Positions 60,974-64,000 of a stretch of DNA of 64,000 nt are shown here, one piece after another. The notes below the pieces were generated by a model that saw only the letters and a list, made by a program, of their open reading frames with translations, was not told the origin of the DNA and did not search any database. The stretch is taken from positions 98,952,001-99,016,000 of the forward strand of contig OZ024744.1 in NCBI GenBank assembly GCA_964016885.1, given 5' to 3'. How positions within the stretch are numbered: the stretch's first letter is position 1; each line of letters starts with the position of its first letter. The stretch is from Eledone cirrhosa (Eukaryota). A program made the position numbers and the translations under genes.

Positions 60974-63900
60974 CTAAGCCGCCAGTGAGGAAAGTAAAAT
61001 CGCAGTCAGCGGCCCGACTCCCCTAAACATCTTGAAAGTCACAGGCTGAAAAATGTAGCTGGCCGACAGATCAGAGTATTTGAGGGTCTTACTCCACTCG
61101 GCTGCAGAAGCTGTGGCTCTCGTCCTAACCGCAGCATCCAGGATGTGGGAAAGAGCAAAGGAGTCACTAACAGTGACGTCCCACACAAGGCACCTGCCTC
61201 TCGACCAGAGGCACAGGGTAAGGCCATCAGGTCTTTTGCCGACACGTCTGGACAACCCAGATGATTCCAAGAGTAAGGGGATATTCGCCCGGGCCAAAGC
61301 TCTCTTCAAAATGAGGTTTAGCTCCGTGTGACGCATGAGGCGGCCGGCATTCAGGTGGCAAGGAAGACCGTGGAGGCCTGTGGAGTTGGGGAGTTTGCCG
61401 CATCGGCACCTCAAACCCATGCAGACGTCGGCTCCCACTCTGAGGGCGATGGAGACACGAAGTTCGTCTAGGCTGAGTAGGCCACCAACGTTGGCCACGG
61501 GTAGGGCATCAACCCAGTCACCTGAGTATTTGGCGCTGGCAGATAGTAAGCGGCACCTTGCAAACTGATCTGACTGGATGAAGAGGGAGTCGAAGGTGGC
61601 CTTCGAACTTATGCTGTCCCAAGTTCTCTGACTTTGACTGTCCTTCACCTTCTCAGGAAGAGAGAAGCCCAACTCACTCCATTGCTGGAGAGCTTCACCC
61701 AACTCCCTGTTGGTACTAGTCCATGTTGGAGAGGAGAGGATGCTGCTCACCAGGGTGGAGCAAGCATGGGTGGAGGAAAGGAAGCAGGGGAGAGAGAGGG
61801 ACGAACACTTACGAAGACCAAAACCCCCAAATCGCTTGGGCAACGCAGCCTAATCGCGGGACTCCGGAGAGAGTCTAACATTGACCAGGCACTCGAGTCT
61901 CTTGAAGATTAGATCGTCGAAGCGTTGGAGACAGGGCGGAAATCTGTGAGAGGGGCTGACCCTGAGCAGATACAGAAGCTTAGGAATAGTCAGGTAGTTC
62001 CTGAGTATGAAGAAACCTTGATGGGGTTCGATAACCTCAATATTCCTCAGCAGCTGCTCAAGGCCAACCATCTTCTATTGGAAGATTGACTCGAAGGCCA
62101 GGTCTGTGATTGGGGCTCCTAAGGAGCACCAAGCCAATGGGGGAGGGACCGCGATGGAAGGGAAGGACTCTGCAAACAGGTCGATCAGCTGTTGGTGTTG
62201 AGAAGCCGGGAGGTTGAGGATCCAGAGCTCACATTTGGAGCTATTGGCCTCGAGACCCCGGCGGCCAAGCTCCTCCACCATCTTGTTGGGAGTGGCGAGA
62301 ACCATATCTGGAGTTCCCCCCAAACAAGCATCGTCGAGGTACCAGACATTGAGGTCCAACTCAGCCCCCATCTTGGTGACATCATTAATGCCCAGTGCAA
62401 ACAGTGCGGGCCCAAGTGGGTCACCCTGTTGGACTCCTGAGGCAGAGGTGATGATTTGGTCACCGAAAGAGAGGTAGGAGGGCTCGCGATAAGCCTGCCA
62501 AGCAAAGTGGTAGAGTTGTGGGACCCGCTCTCTTACTGAGCCGAGGACGATGTCGCGGCTGATGGAGTTGAAGGCATTACTGACGTCAAGTTTGAGGTTG
62601 ACCTTGTGGGACGAGGAGGGCAAGTTGGCAAATGCTCTGGCAGCGTGGACAGCAGCATCACATCCCAACCTGGTATCCACCCCCAGCTGGATGGGTGAAA
62701 TCCTCCGCCAGTGAGTCGGAGACCAACAGCAAACACACCTTTGCAGTGAGGTGGTGAAGAGTGCAGCCAATCGCAATGGGGCGCAGATCTCCATTGGGCT
62801 TGGTGAGACCATATAGCTTTGCACCAAAGAACAGTGGGCGGATGAATGGGAGAACATTCACTGAAGAGAACTGATTCACAAACTGAGTCAGACTCTCCAA
62901 GAGCTCAAGTCCGATAAGGAGATACCATCCTTGAGGTGTTGAGGACGAAGGCCGTCAATTCCCGCACCTGACCCAGCGGGGAAGGATGAAATCGCCTTTC
63001 TGATGATATCGGTGGTGTTAACCGGTCTCAAATATTCTGGTGGTTCGGGCCGGTGTAGCTGATCATCTGGGGCTACTGATGAGTGCTTCTCTTTCAGACG
63101 CTCAAGAGAGTCAGAGTTGCACGGAGCAAGGGAGGACAGAGAAGAGAGGAGACGGACAGACCCTTTAATGTCAAATTCGTTGAATTTGGCATTGACCGCT
63201 CGGTGTCCACCAACAGACAACCGGTAGACTTGAGGTCTACCGGTTGTCTGTTGGTGGACACTGAGCTCAGTGTCGAACTGAGATGAGACGTGGTTGGGGT
63301 GGACTCAAACAGCTGGAACTGCCGCTTGAGAGAGGACGTGAGGGAACCCGAGTTCGCATTGTGCACGTGAAGAGAGATCATCATCATCATCATCATCACC
63401 GTTTTACGTCCGTTCTTCCATGCTAGCATGGGTTAGACGGGTTGTCCTGTTGTGGGCAGTGTCTGCTCGGCTGACCTTGCCTTGCTCATACAGGAACTGA
63501 TTCTGGCTTGATTTCTACAGCTGGATGCCCTTCCTAACACCAACCTCATTTACAGTGAGTGCTGGGTGCTTTTTTGCTGTGGCACCTCCACGACCACTTT
63601 ACAGTGTGGGCTGGGTGCTTTTTTTCCGTGGCACCTCCACAACCACTTTGAAGTGGAAGGATGTGGGGGCATATTGTCTATATGCTTCAGCTTCGGCTTG
63701 TACCCATGGGAGGTTGGGTACTCTGTATTACTGCGTGACGCCAGCGGTCACGGTCGTGTGTCATCGCCTTTGAGAGGTGTAATTGGGTAAGGTCGGCTTT
63801 TATCACCTCATCCCAGGTCTTCTTGGGTCTCCCCACTCCGCGGTGAGGGGAAACAAAAACAATTTCTGCCAGTCAGACCTATTGTTGGACGAGCAAACGT

Positions 63901-64000
63901 TTTTCAGTAAATTAGAGAGGGCACGTGCAAAGCTATTCCAAGCTCCCTTAGGGATCCGGTTAACGAGCTTTGATTTGGAGGGCTGTGGCAAAGTCCTCGG
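60974..64000 (-). mobile_element. Decayed CRE-clade (RT + restriction-like endonuclease) non-LTR retrotransposon, 5' end beyond the window
   Basis: RT motifs GIDGLRPQHLK, DLRPIAIG, KLDVSNAFNSI, GVQQGDPLGPALF, WYLDD. C-terminal CRCG..HGLPC, RH, KRPDG and WDVT REL motifs. Frameshifts and stops present. Confidence 0.93.
63378..63838 (-). mobile_element. RTE 3'-end copy nested in the CRE ORF
   Basis: Reverse complement of 53768-54197; CRE peptide resumes on both sides. Confidence 0.9.

Overview
Repeat-rich, AT-rich eukaryotic (animal) genomic DNA. The repeat complement (RTE LINEs with (GAT)n tails, tRNA-derived CORE- and Meta-type SINEs, abundant minisatellites) suggests an octopus/coleoid cephalopod; this is an inference. 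Two small spliced host genes were reconstructed by hand, neither visible intact in the ORF track. POLD4 (DNA polymerase delta p12) is on the + strand with 4 coding exons, 13736-25851, 117 aa. A convergent C3orf14/CEP15-like gene is on the - strand with coding exons 55143-28028 (106 aa), a probable 5' UTR exon near 59800 and an RFX X-box upstream. A probable terminal exon of a third gene lies at 152-360. Most of the rest is transposon-derived or simple-repeat DNA: decayed RTE, CRE-like, CR1 and Penelope-like retroelements, SINEs, hAT/piggyBac/MULE/Tc1 MITEs, Helitron-like elements and tandem arrays. Nearly all long ORFs in the track are repeat artefacts. The most notable signals are (1) several hammerhead-ribozyme motifs, two of them in near-perfect ~320-390 bp palindromes inside host introns, (2) repeated tandem amplification of 48-169 bp segments from the 3' ends of unrelated retroposons, and (3) long inverted RTE copies bracketing a coding exon. 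All assignments are by eye; no database searches were run.
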